Shown here: positions 1 through 11,339 of the stretch, piece by piece | How positions within the stretch are numbered: position 1 is the first letter of the stretch | Layout of the letters: each line of letters starts with the position of its first letter | From: Rhodospirillales bacterium | GTDB lineage: Bacteria > Pseudomonadota > Alphaproteobacteria > Bin95 | Length of the DNA: 23,894 bases | Assembly (NCBI GenBank): GCA_038143065.1 | Contig: JAYQLI010000028.1 | Span: forward strand, 1 to 23,894 | Direction of reading: 5' to 3' | Program-made: the position numbers and the translations under genes | Notes under the pieces: model-generated | Databases searched by the model: none | Told to the model about the DNA's origin: nothing | What the model saw: only the letters and a program-made list of their open reading frames with translations

Positions 1-961
1 ATTGTACTTCGTTCAGTTGCGGCCCGCTTGCGTAAAGATGGCCAGGAGCACCTGCCGTGAACGTATGGCGATGGCACCATCTTTCGCACCCAAGGTAATT
101 CGTGATGAATGGGTTCCCGAATATGAAAAAATTGCTAAAAGAATACGTGGCTCGTCTGCCACGCGGCGAGGTGGTTGATTTGTTTTCTGCGCTCTCCGGC
201 CCCTATGCCGCCCGCGGTCTTGCCATTGTGCTCGGGATCGACGCGGCCACAGACAGGCAAATGCAGCGCTGGTCACAGGCCTTGATTGTTGGTGCAGGAA
301 ATTTCGGCTGGAAGGATGAACCGTTCCAGCGAGCTGATCGCGCCAATGAGGAAATGCGCATTTCGACGGCCTTTTAGACCGGCATCGCGCCAAAACAAAC
401 AACTCCGCAATGTCGGTTATGCTAAACGCAGATGATCCAATTGAAAAAACAAATTTATGCAATATAAAAATCGCTATTGGCGGCGGAATTAATGAGCCCC
501 GAGATGCCCTGAATACTGTCTTATTTGACTGCACCAACCCAGAACAATTGGAAGAGGTGAAGCGCAATGCGGATTGGGACAAAGCTTTTGAAGAAGGTAT
601 TAGATGGTTGCGCCAATTTCTGCCTCATCGCGGTTGGTCGTTGAGGATACCGAAATAAGGGGATGTTTTCATCCCAAAAGGAGATGTGGTCATGACCATT
701 CAGGCAAGTGCAAACCGTGATGAGGATCTGTTTGACGATGGCGAGTCCTTTTTCGTTTATCGCAACACGAACCCACATCAATCTTTTGGCAATGGTCCAC
801 ATTTTATATGGAACTCACATTGCACGCCGCGCGGTTGCGCAGGTCATGTTGCCCATATTGTTCGATCGCTTTCAAATATGTCCTTGCCCAAACCAAACGC
901 CGTTATCTGGCGCGGTTTTGGTTTTCGTGGGCCACTCAACCTCCCAGTGCTGTTGAATTAG
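1..961 (+). CDS. Cytochrome P450, 5'-truncated by the window edge and frameshifted
   Basis: Consecutive ORF pieces 102-377, 410-658 and 686-961 give the I-helix IAIGGGINEPRD, K-helix EEGIRW (ExxR), ASANRDE and the heme loop FGNGPHF. Ends GFGFRGPLNLPVLLN*. Confidence 0.88.
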
Positions 962-1035
962 AATGAAACACTCCAAGAAGACCAATCCGACGCTCGCAAT
1001 TTTCCGCATCCAAAATACCCACGGGGAAGCGCCTC

Positions 1036-2312
1036 ATGAAAGATGTTGATGTTGCCATTGCCGGCGGCGGGATCGCGGTTTAACCTCGCGCTCACGCTGC
1101 ATCAAATAAAGTGTCTTGCGTGGTACTGGAAACAGCCAGAACTACGCGACCCCTGGGGGTCGGATCAATATTCAACCCAATGCCGTCCGCGAACTCTTCG
1201 CTTTAGGGATTGGCGGATTTGCTGGATCAAGTCGGCCTTCCCGTACAAGAATGGGCCTTACTTGGGCTGAACGGGAAGAGGTTTACGCCGAGCCGCGCGG
1301 CACATTTGCAGGCTACAACTGGCCACAATATGCCGTACATCGCGGCAATCTGCATATGCTGTATCAGCAAGTCCTTGAGCGATTGGGCCCCGATGCAGTC
1401 AAACTCGGTGCAAGAGCCCTCGGATACGACAGATCGCCCAAAGCAGCCAGTCTGTCATGTTCAATCCGGTGACGGGCAGGATCAGAGATACAGTCAAGCA
1501 AACTATTGATTGGAGCTGATGGCATCCACTCGGCAATCCGCGCCCAAATGCACCCCGATCAAGCGCCCATTCATTAGCGGTGCAATAATGTGGCGCGGCA
1601 CCCTGCGCGCAAAGCCCATGCGCAGCCCCTCATCTTTCATAGGGCTCGGCACGCATCAACGGCGTATGGTAATTTATCCAATCTCCAAACCCGACGATCA
1701 GGGGCTATCGCTCATCAACTGGATTGCTGAGGTGACAGTAGACAGCAGCGGTGGCTGGCGCTCAGACAGCTGGTTTCGCGAAACCAAGTTGTGAATTAAT
1801 CTTTCGCATCACTTTGAGGATTTCAATTACGATTATTGGCTCGATGTTCCAGCGATGTTGAGGGCCGCAGATTGCGCCTATGAAAATCCAATGATCGATA
1901 GGGATCCTATCTCATCATGGGTTGATGGCCCGGTCGCGTTGATGGGCGATGCAGCCCATCCGATGTATCCAACTGGCTCCAATGGTGCCAAAGCCATCCG
2001 TGGACGCGCATCATTGGGGCAAAGTTAATCGCGCATGGAATTGGCCCTGGGCCCTGTCAGAATATAATGCGGAACTTTGCGAGCCTATATCGCAACTTGT
2101 GTTGCGCAATCGAAGCGCGGGTCCATTTAGCCTCTTAAACCTGCTTCATGATCGTTGCGGCGGGGTATTTTTGACGACATTGAAACCGTCATTCCTGCTC
2201 AAGAACGTGACACGTTTATGGGCAAATATAAGCAGGCGGCAGGATTTGCCAAAGACATGCTAAATGCAGCATCAGCAACAATGAAGTGGTGGCGCCAGTG
2301 TTTAAGCGCTAG
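1036..2312 (+). CDS. FAD-dependent monooxygenase/oxidoreductase (salicylate hydroxylase/PhzS-like group A family), frameshifted; 3' end approximate
   Basis: Starts MKDVDVAIAGGGI (GxGxxG Rossmann motif). Also has INIQPNAVREL, QYAVHRG, LIGADGIHS (DG motif) and LMGDAAHPMYPTGSNGA (GD motif) across frames. Confidence 0.85.
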
Positions 2313-2329
2313 GTGGTCAGTGACCCTAC

Positions 2330-4025
2330 TTATGCAGCCCCAAAAATAGCGTAGCTCTGCGCGCACAGCGGCGACGTGCTCAAGGTCGCCCTTTGGGCGT
2401 GAGGGAGGAGAAGGGTTTTGCCAACAGCATCTTGGTATTCCGCCTCATCCCAAAACCCAATCAGAATGCCTGACTCCGCTGCGATCTTCTGGCGCGCCAG
2501 CACCGCGGGGGTCGCCGTTATTCGCGTGTGATGGCGTGTCGCCCATTTCAAGAGGGCAGATTCCATGCGCGCGCGGGTTTTGACGCATAATGGGTCTTCA
2601 GACGCGCCAAGATCGACCAATTCATCGGGATCGTTTTGCAAATCCCATAAGACGGGCCTGAAGCCCTCATCGGATATACTTCAACGCCCATCGAAAATCA
2701 TCGTCGTATGGCGTCTTCCTTGCGGCTGCCCTAGAGCCGGGCGCCATTTCAGACCAGTAGTAATCATGTTCACTGGATCACATAGCGGCGTGAAGCCATC
2801 TTTGCCGTGCAGGATCGAAGTCAGATCGCGACCTTCGATCACATGGGGCTTGGGTGCACAGCCCAGTGCTTGCATAAAGGTTGCAGGCAGGTCGATCATT
2901 TCAACCAACGCATCGCTGACCAAACCACGCGTTCCGTCGGCCTCTGGGCGCGGGTCGGCGATGATCAACGGCACTTTGACAGCGGCTTCATGGTAGAAAT
3001 CCTTGTCGCCCATCCAATGATCACCCAAGTAATCACCATGATCCGGAGGGTAAACGCGATGATGGTGTTCTCTCTGAACCTTCGGCATCCATCCACGCGA
3101 ACAGCCGCCCTAGATTGTCGTCCAATTGTTTGATCAGGCCCATGTAGGCCGGAATGACGTGTTCACGCAGGTGATCTCGCGAAAAGCTTTTACAGACTCG
3201 CGCGTTATGGTAGGCGCGCACTAAGGGGTGATCGGTCTCGCGCTCCATGTCAGAACGCACCGGCGGAAGAATGTGCCGCTCGTCATACATTTCGTGATAG
3301 GGTGCCGGCACGATATAGGGCCAATGCGGTTTGATATAGGACAGATGGCACACCCACGGTCGCCCGTCGGTCCGCGCCTCGCGCATAAAGTCCATAGCCC
3401 GATTTGTCATATAGGCGGTTTCAGAATGTTCTTCGGGCACATTTGCCGCCAAGCGCGAATTCTTCAGCAGCCATGCCGAGCGTAATTCGCCGTCCGAGAT
3501 CAACCCGGAATTGGCGAAGTCTTCCCATGGGTTATCCGAGGCAAAACCATGCGCCACCAGATAGTCGTCATAGGCGGACCAGTTCTGGCGCGGGCTATCA
3601 GGATGCAAGCCATCGTCTCGTTCAAAAGGCTCGAACCCGCATTGGGATCGGGCCACGCCAATCTCACTTTGGGGATCAATCCCAAGCCATGCCATGCCTT
3701 CCAGGTCGGCCGTCATATGCGTCTTGCCCACCAGCACCGCCCGGGCACCAACCTGCCTCAGGTGATCCCCGAGCGCGGGTTCGCCAACACGCAGAGGCAT
3801 GCCGTTCCATGTTGCCCCTGACTGCGCACATAGCGACCCGTATAGGCCGACATCCGGGAGGGACCACAGACAGGCGATTGCACATAAGCATTTGTAAAAT
3901 CTTACCCCACGAGCCGCCAACGCATCGATATTTGGCGTGTCCAGATGCGGGTGACCGTAACAGCTGAGATAATCAAACCGCAGTTGATCCGCCATGATCC
4001 ACAAGATGTTCGGCTTATCGTTCAT
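2330..4025 (-). CDS. Sulfatase-like hydrolase (alkaline phosphatase superfamily; sulfatase/phosphonate monoester hydrolase type), frameshifted; true stop may be near 2380
   Basis: Starts KPNILWIMADQLR. The CGPSR formylglycine motif is at 3854-3868 in an alternate frame. Also VGKTH, SYIKPHWPY and DHGDYLGDHWMGDKD. Confidence 0.9.
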
Positions 4026-4527
4026 ATTTGTTCCTTCGCAATGATGTCTTCAATCGGCGCCCGTAAAAACATGTCGAGGCGATCAAGATAATTGACAAAC
4101 TCCGCCAGTTCCTCCTCTGAGTAGACCTCCTTCAAGGCGGCGCGCCGACGGGCCATAACAGGTGCGGCTCGATCATAAGCCGCGCGCCCAGCCTGCGAAA
4201 CTTCGACGATGGTTTGGCGGCTGTCTGCCTCGCTTCGCCGCATGGTGACAAACCTTTTGGCGCATCTCAGGCAAGGCGCGACTTAACAGGAAGGATCGCG
4301 CGCTGCATCGATGCAAGGTCTTTGATCGTCATCTGCCCTGGCCCTCCACAGAGATCCCATAGCACGCGCCATTCGACAATCGATAGCCCACCTCCTATTT
4401 GCAGCAAATGCTGCCCTTGCTTGCGAGAGGCCGCATAAATCGCAGGCAGGCGCGCAAATAAATTGAAGTGTTCTCGAACACGCCGCGCCGCAATTCGTTC
4501 TTTGTCGCGTTCGTTTAAATTGGCCAT
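4022..4527 (-). CDS. MarR-family transcriptional regulator, frameshifted
   Basis: Two ORF pieces: GLSIVEWRVLWDL...MTIKDLA and RRSEADSRQTIVEVSQAGRA (winged helix). The stop overlaps the sulfatase start. Confidence 0.85.
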
Positions 4528-4652
4528 CGCGCCCTCCTCTAACCTTTTGACTAGCCCGAAGACTTAATGCGTGACAAGTCATATATTTTATGCCAGCTTT
4601 TTCAAAATGCGCCTCGTTGTCGGGTAATTTGCGCTTTGGAGTGTGAAAAACA

Positions 4653-5701
4653 ATGTTGAAGAAAACACTTTTGGGCTGCGCACTGTCGCTCGCGCCGCTG
4701 ATCACAAATGCTCAGACAACCCTGACGGCTGAGACCACCACACCCGGCTCAACACCGCATTACATCGACTCGACTTTGGCTGCGGTCCTTGCCAGCGCCG
4801 GTGTGGCACCGATGCAGATCACCGAGGCGCGACCCTTACCAACTCGGTTCAAGCAGTCGCCGAGGGGCGTTTGGATATGGCCCCTGCGCCGCTGATCTTG
4901 CCTTTCCTGCTGTCGCGGGGGATCGGCCCTTATAGCGGCATTGGTCCTGACAAGGGTGCCGAGCTTGCCGCCAATATTCGGGTGATATTCTTCAATGCCG
5001 GATCTGCACAGATACTTGGCTACTATAATAGCAATCCAATCGACGACATCCGCGACCTGTCAGGCAAGCGCATCTGGAACGGTCCGCCCGCGGCGCGGCG
5101 CTGACCTCTGGTCGTGCCATGATCCAACTATTGTCAGGCATCAAGGATGGAGAGGGCTATGAAGGTATTCAGAGCCCATGGCCCGATACGGTTCCAACAA
5201 TCACCGGTGGCGGTGTCGACGCTTGGACCATTCCCGAGGGCTTGCCCTCTGGTCATGAGATTGCAATCGCGGCCTCGGGCATCACAATCCATGATGTCCC
5301 GTCTGATCTTCTGGCGAGCGAGCTTGGACAACAGATCATGAAGGCACCCGGCCACGCCCCCTATTCCGTTCCGATAGAAGCGTTCCGCAAAGCCTGAGGG
5401 CAACGACATCACCGTTGTGGTCGATGACGATAAGCTTTGACAGCTTCGCGACCGCTTTGGTCAGATCGTCCCAGCGGGCATGGGCGAACAGCTGGTTTAC
5501 GACGTCGTGACGGCCTTTCTTGCAGGCGAAGAGCGCTTCCTCACAGGATCACCGCGTGGGCCGTTTGTGCGGATGAGCTTTGGTGATATCGATGGGGTGA
5601 GCCAAGGCGCTTGCGGTGCGGTTCAGATCAAAATGCATCCTGGCGCCATTCGCGCATATGAAGACGCTGGGCATACGATTGCCGACTGTCTGCGCCCCTA
5701 A
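4653..5701 (+). CDS. TAXI-family TRAP transporter solute-binding protein, frameshifted
   Basis: Signal peptide MLKKTLLGCALSLAPLITNAQ; DLSGKRIWNGPP; C-terminal MHPGAIRAYED typical of TAXI receptors. Directly upstream of a fused TRAP permease. Confidence 0.85.
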
Positions 5702-5720
5702 ACGCATTCCCGCACTGACA

Positions 5721-5740
5721 GGGCCGGCCCTCCCCGGCCC
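5721..5740 (+). other. GC-rich stem-loop after the TAXI gene
   Basis: gggccgg-ccctcc-ccggccc: perfect 7-bp stem, 20 nt after the stop, with no U-tract. Confidence 0.6.
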
Positions 5741-5762
5741 CTATCCTAACGAATGGCACCCA

Positions 5763-8041
5763 ATGTCAGATCAATCGCCCTCGAGAGACAAAGGCCACTA
5801 TCTGGCCCTCGTGTTAGCCTTCATCCTCGTCATGGTTGGGCTGATCAACACCATGCCGGAAATACCAGGACTGCAAGACCTCGCGAGAGATCTGACAGGG
5901 CGTCCCTTTTTCCGAGTATCTGGCTTCCTCCGGAGTTCTTCTACCCGCCTATTTTTCTTGTGATGATGGTCATTGTCGCGCTTGATGCTAGTGTCTATCG
6001 TGCCTTGAAGAAAGACCGGCCGCATTTGGCATGGCTTGGTCTGTTGCTAGACGCCGGGCTGATCCTTGCCGCGTTCCTAGCCGCCTTAGGGTTTCTGGTT
6101 GAAATCGATTCATTTTGTCTGATCGATCAGATCACTGGAGAGCGGGCGCGCCTGATCCAAGAGGCATCGGAAAGATCAGCAGGGCTTATACCAGGCATCT
6201 CATTCGAGGCGGAAGTCCCATCCTGTCAGGCGCGGTTCGGCATATGGATCATTCCGCTACTCTTTACGATCATTTCACTATTTTTTCTCTACAATGTGCG
6301 GGTTTGGGGTTTGCCGCTCGTCATGGTCGCCACTGTGGTGGTGGTCTACACCGTTGGCACCGCGCTGCTATGGATGTTCGATCTCAGCGACAACAATTTT
6401 TTACTGACCAAGTTGGGGGCCGATGGTGGCGACGCGCGCGCCGCAGCAATCCAAAAGGCAACCAATGTGTTCATCACCCCGATGGCTTTATGGGCCGGTT
6501 CATGGATATCGTGGTCAATCAGGTGTTCCCCTATGTGATCCTCGGCGCCCTCTTCGGAACCTCAGCTGGCGGAACCTCGTTAATCAAGCTGGCGGTCGTG
6601 CCACACGCCGCCTGCGCGGAGGCCCAGCCCATGCGGCCATCGTGTCGTCGGCGATGTTTGGCACCATAACAGGCGGGCCGGTCACCAATGTGTTATCAAC
6701 AGGTCGGCTCACAATCCCAATGATGCGACGCAACGGATTTAGTCCGCAATTTGCTGGCGGTGTCGAGGCCGCGGCTTCATCTGGTGGACAGATAATGCCG
6801 CCGGTCATGGGGGTGGCGGCCTTTGTCCTGGTTGCCTTGACCGCAGTCCCTTACACAAAAGTCATAACAGCCGCGTTTCTGCCCGCGATGTTCTTTTTCT
6901 TCTCGATCTTTCTTGCCGTCGTGTTCCAGGCTCGGCGTGAGAACGTCAAAGCAATGCGCGAAATCCCGGGCGACCTGATCATGTCGCGACAGGACTGGCT
7001 GAACCTTATCATCATCTTCGCTCCGATCTTTACGATCCTGTCACTTTTGCTTGGGAACAAAGACGTCATTAGCTCTGGTTTTGTCGCCTCTGTTTTACCC
7101 GCCTTCGTCACACAGACGCTTGTCAACGCGACAGGCGATGCTGTATCCGCTGGATGGTGGGCTGTTGCCGTCCTTGTTCCGCTGCTCTTTCTTGATCCCG
7201 AAACCCGTGCGAAGCCCAGCAAGATACTGCTGTCCTTGGCGGATGGTGGGATCCTAGTCTCGCGGTTGTTTCTTTTACTCTTCGCAGTTTCAATCATTTC
7301 GGCTTTCCTGAACGAAAGTGGCCTGACGGAGAGCTAACCCGTGCCATAACCACATGGTTAGAACAGGCCCAGGTACTCAGCCTCTTTGGGTTTGATATCA
7401 AAATAGTAGGTGGCGTCTATCTGATGCTGGCACTGACCTGCGCCATGGGCTGTGCGATTCTTTTGGGAATGGGCATGCCGACTGTGCCTGCTTATGTGAA
7501 TGTCGCTCTGCTTCTCGGCCCACTTCTCGCCAACCTTGGAGTAAGTTTTTTTACAGCCCACATGTTTGTCTTTTACTTTGCCGTAGCCTCTGCGATCACC
7601 CCACCCGTGGCAATTGCTGCGTTCGCGGCGGCCTCGATCACACGTACTGAACCGATGCGCACCGGTTTGGCAGCAGTGCGTATCGGCATTGTCATGTTTA
7701 CGATCCCGTTCGTCTTCGCATGGTACCCGGAACTTTTACTGATTGAGGAAGCGGTGACCATTACGAATGATCAAGGCCAACGCGCCCTGATAGATGGGTA
7801 TTCCGGTTCTGTGGACTGGCCCAGCCTTTCCGCACTTGGGTTGCGCATTGCCGTTGCGCTTTACCTAATGGCATCGGCTCTGGCCAAGTTTGACAAGGTT
7901 GCGATGAACATCTTGGAAGTTGCGCTTCGATTGTTGGCGGCTGTTTTGATTTTGTGGAAATCGGCAATGATCATGTGGATTGGCCTGGCCCTTGCTCTAA
8001 TGCTGATCCTAGGCCACTACTTGCTCCCTTTACCGGGGTGA
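5763..8041 (+). CDS. TRAP transporter fused 4TM/12TM permease (DctM-like), frameshifted
   Basis: Motifs GGPAHAAIVSSAMFGTITG, EAAASSGGQIMPPVMG, LGMGMPTVPAY and ITPPVAIAAFAAA; hydrophobic throughout. Confidence 0.92.
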
Positions 8042-8068
8042 CCGCACCGCTTGATTGCAAGAAAAATG

Positions 8069-8409
8069 GGTGCTGTCAGACGAATGAGAACTTGCATCTG
8101 ATTGCTGGCGCGGCCTGACTCTATGCGCTCAATAATTGGCGCCACTCAGCGAGAGCAGCGGCTCAGTTTAGCTTTAAATTATTGCGTAAGTAGACGTGGC
8201 ATTAGAGCAGCCCGCAACCAATCGGTCCCCCGACACCCGACCCGTGTAGCGCCTTGAGCGGTCCGGAGTGGCCTCAGTGGGAAACAGCATACCGTAAGGC
8301 GGATGATCTTTGGGCTCGTCTTAAAGTATCTAAATGGCGAGTGTTTTTGTCATGGCGGGGCTTTGAAACCGCCCCGCCCCGTCTCAAGTTTGTTTTGTTT
8401 GACGGTGCC
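8069..8409 (-). mobile_element. Internally deleted IS6-family element with both ends
   Basis: Termini ggtgctgtcagac and gtttgacggtgcc are imperfect inverted repeats. Minus strand has the degenerate transposase N-terminus (HSPFRYFKTSPKIIRL) and C-terminus (NFKAKLSRCS-like ...AEWRQLLSA*), with no DDE core. Confidence 0.8.
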
Positions 8410-8423
8410 TTCTCAAGTGTTAA

Positions 8424-9619
8424 TCACGCGATGACGCCTTTTGCGCGCCAGTCATCAAAAATTTCCAGCGCTTTATCCGCAAATTCCGCGTCATTGATGT
8501 GGCATTCTATCCGATGAACAAACACATTGCTTGGCAATGTCTGTTCCAGTTCTAGCAAAAACGCGTTGAGTCCGGCCTGATTGTGTAAATCAGCGCCCAC
8601 TCGGGTCCCATTCTCCCAGACCCTTCTCAGGCAATAGCATGGCCACTGGCCCGGTTGCTTTGGCCAATTGCGCGCCATGCGCACGCCACCAACCGGCGTT
8701 CATCATCATTTAAGACAATCGAAGTCAGCAAGCGATTGTGTTCGTGTTTCAAAGTGATCTGACCATTTGTCTGGCAAAGGTTGCCAACCAACGATATCAA
8801 CAAGATCATAACATCCCGGCGCCACGATTTGCGGGGTGCCATTTAAGCCGGCATTGGTCAAACGATCCGCTCCAGCAGATATATTGGATCCGTGCACATG
8901 GTTGCCCAATTCCTGTGTGCAAAGATCGAAACACAACAAACGCCCCCTGTCCTGAGAGGCTTTCAAATGCGCGCCCCCCCATACCGGTTGCGTGGAACAC
9001 GGCGACCTCAAAACCACGGGCTTCAAGCGCAGGCTTCAGCGGAATGACGTATTTTAACGCAGAGGTTCCCAGCGACGTCATCCCGATCAGGGTTTATCTG
9101 GATCTGGCATCTGCACCGCGCGTGCTGCGCCTGAACAGCGCCTGCTGCTGACTCAAGGACGCCTTGCACACGGAATTCAGGCCATAAAGCCCCCGGCCCA
9201 TAAAATCATTTGCGTGTCTGCTGCCAACCGTTCCGCTGGAATGAGCAGCGAAAACGATACCGTGGACACAATGTATTTCGGCACCCCAAGCGGCACTGAG
9301 GAACGTACATCTAACGCAAGGTCTGTCCCCATTGTGCCGCCAAGAACAATCAACCCATGAAATCGACCTTCGGTGAACAATCGCGCCGCCAACAACGCCG
9401 CTCCTGTGGCCATAATCTGCATTGCCTGGTTTTTCATTGCCCGAGGCGACGGCCGCTTGGATCGAACTTCCACCTTCTTGCGCAACATCGTGTTTGGAAT
9501 AATGAAACGTCCATGGTGACCACTTGACCACCTTGCGCCTGGATCACTTCAGCCAGAAACCCTAACTCGTCATCTTTGGTGTCATAGGTGCCAATTACCA
9601 GAATGGTCTTGTTCATCAT
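8424..9619 (-). CDS. Tm-1-like ATP-binding domain protein (UPF0261), frameshifted
   Basis: Starts KTILVIGTYDTKDDEL. Also LGGTMGT, PLGVPKYIVST, EVAVFHATGMGGRAFE and C-terminal HINDAEFAD. Confidence 0.88.
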
Positions 9620-9872
9620 TGCAAAGCCCCGACAGTTTGATCCGCTTAGCTCTCAGAAGGAAATATTTATCCATCTTATGCAAGGGGTTTTCGGAGCCAA
9701 TGTCACGGGGTCCGAGTGCCATGTACAATCCTCAAACCTTCACTCAAAAAACGGCCTAAGACGGGACATTCTAAACAAATGGCAAATAAAAGTCGTGGTG
9801 TCTGTCATCAGGGTTTTTGGGACCAATGGCGGCCTAAACTAAGAGAGAGTTTGGCTCATCTGGTTGGTTAGA

Positions 9873-11252
9873 TTATGCGGCGTTCTTGCGGTGATGCAAG
9901 CGCCGGGTTTCGAGTGCCTTCCGTTTGATCCTTTCGCGTTGTTTTAGAATAGCTTTGTCACGCCCGAAGTAGACGTCGGCGGGTGTGACGTTGTTCAGGC
10001 TCTCATGGTAGCGCTGATGATTATAGTGGTCGATGAAGGCCTCGATCTGGGCCTCAAGATCCCCCGGTAGGAAGTAGTTTTCCAGCAAGATGCGGTTCTT
10101 TAAGGTCTGGTGCCAGCGTTCCCTTGCCCGGCAGTGCATTGCGTAGCAATGTCGCGAGAGGATCTTGCCTTGGGTTTGTGGGTGATACGGTGCGCCACGG
10201 CTGTGCTTCATACCTTTGTTTTGCAACCATTCTGCCAGATCGCCTGAGACGTAGCTGGATCCGTTGTCACTTAGCAGACGTGGCTTGTGAACGACATGCA
10301 CCTGATCGCAGCCGGATGCCTGCAGGGCGAGCTCCAGCGTATCGGTAACGTCTTCAGCCCGCATGTTGGTGCAAAGCTTCCAGGACAGGATGTAGCGGCT
10401 GTAATCATCAAGGACTGTGCTGAGATAGAACCAGCCCCAGCCGAGAACCTTGATGTAGGTAAAGTCGGTCTGCCAAAGCTGATTGATGGATGTCGTTTTG
10501 TCTTTGAATTGGTTGGCGGCCTTGAGCACGATGAAGGCCGGGCTGGTGATTAGGTCATGCGCCTTGAGCACGCGATAGACTGTGGATTCTGAGATAAAGT
10601 ATCGTTCTTGATCCGTGAATGTCACCGCCAACTCACGCGGTGACAGTTCCGTCTCTTGTAAGACGAACTCGACAACCTTGCGCTTCACCTCGTCAGGCAC
10701 GCGGTTCCAGACGTGCTTTGGCTTCGGTGATTGGTCCTGCAATCCTGCTTCACCACGTTGCAGATACCGATCATACCAGCGGTAGAACGTGGTACGTGGA
10801 ATGCCGAGCTTGGCGAGTGTCACACGGGCCGACAGATGGCTTTCCTCGACCAGCCAGATGATCTCCAGCTTCTCTGATGCAGGGTACCTCATTCGTGGTC
10901 GCCCCCACCGCCGTACATGCTTTTTAAGAAGACGCAGTTCGAGCGTCTGCTCCGCGACGACTTCCTTCAGATCCTTTGCCTCGCGGCGCAGTTCCTTGAC
11001 CTCATCAGTGTTCGCAGCACGCGCCGTATCGCCCGCAAGCCGCTTCTTCCCTGCCTCCATGAAGTCCTTGGACCATTTGTAATATATGCCCTGAGCGATG
11101 CCTTCACGGCGACACAGCTCAGCAATGCTGTCTTCGCCACGAAGGCCATCCAGCACGATCCTGATCTTCTCTTCGGATGAATAGTGTTTGCGGGTCGCCC
11201 GCTTGATGTCTTTGACGATCTTCTCGCCAGGGCTCTTCGGTGTCTTTCTCAT
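9873..11252 (-). CDS. IS3-family transposase (OrfA HTH plus OrfB rve/DDE, read here as one frame) with a 13-aa insertion
   Basis: OrfA: MRKTPK...YSSEEKIRIVLDGLRGEDSIAELCRREGI. OrfB: MRYPASEKLEII...WQTDFTY...LSDNG...HPQTQGKI-[insert]-ERW. Confidence 0.92.
   Translation of the reverse strand: MRKTPKSPGEKIVKDIKRATRKHYSSEEKIRIVLDGLRGEDSIAELCRREGIAQGIYYKWSKDFMEAGKKRLAGDTARAANTDEVKELRREAKDLKEVVAEQTLELRLLKKHVRRWGRPRMRYPASEKLEIIWLVEESHLSARVTLAKLGIPRTTFYRWYDRYLQRGEAGLQDQSPKPKHVWNRVPDEVKRKVVEFVLQETELSPRELAVTFTDQERYFISESTVYRVLKAHDLITSPAFIVLKAANQFKDKTTSINQLWQTDFTYIKVLGWGWFYLSTVLDDYSRYILSWKLCTNMRAEDVTDTLELALQASGCDQVHVVHKPRLLSDNGSSYVSGDLAEWLQNKGMKHSRGAPYHPQTQGKILSRHCYAMHCRARERWHQTLKNRILLENYFLPGDLEAQIEAFIDHYNHQRYHESLNNVTPADVYFGRDKAILKQRERIKRKALETRRLHHRKNAA
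10122..10160. repeat. 39-bp hairpin-containing insertion inside the transposase (putative miniature palindromic element)
   Basis: ccttgcccggcagtgcattgcgtagcaatgtcgcgagag, with core palindrome cattgc-gta-gcaatg. Removing it restores GKIERW and exact D(35)E spacing. Confidence 0.8.
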
Positions 11253-11339
11253 CGTCCACTCCTCAGTGATTACGATGAGCCAGAAACACTCTCTTAGCAA
11301 ATAACGCTGTTTGGACCCATAGGCGATGACGTCAGAACT

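Larger units (their letters stand above)
9799..11338 (-). mobile_element. IS3-family (IS3/IS481-like) insertion sequence
   Basis: Imperfect terminal IRs tgtctgtcatcagggtttttgggaccaa (9799) and ttggacccataggcgatgacgtcaga (11311-11336) enclose the transposase. No target duplication seen. Confidence 0.85.

Noticed and set aside
785-820. P450 lacking the heme cysteine as a novel variant
   Set aside because: The codon coincides with a frame break (cattttatatggaact), so a read error is more likely.
4545-4585. tgacaagtca palindrome as a MarR operator
   Set aside because: Plausible position but only 4-bp arms; too weak to call.
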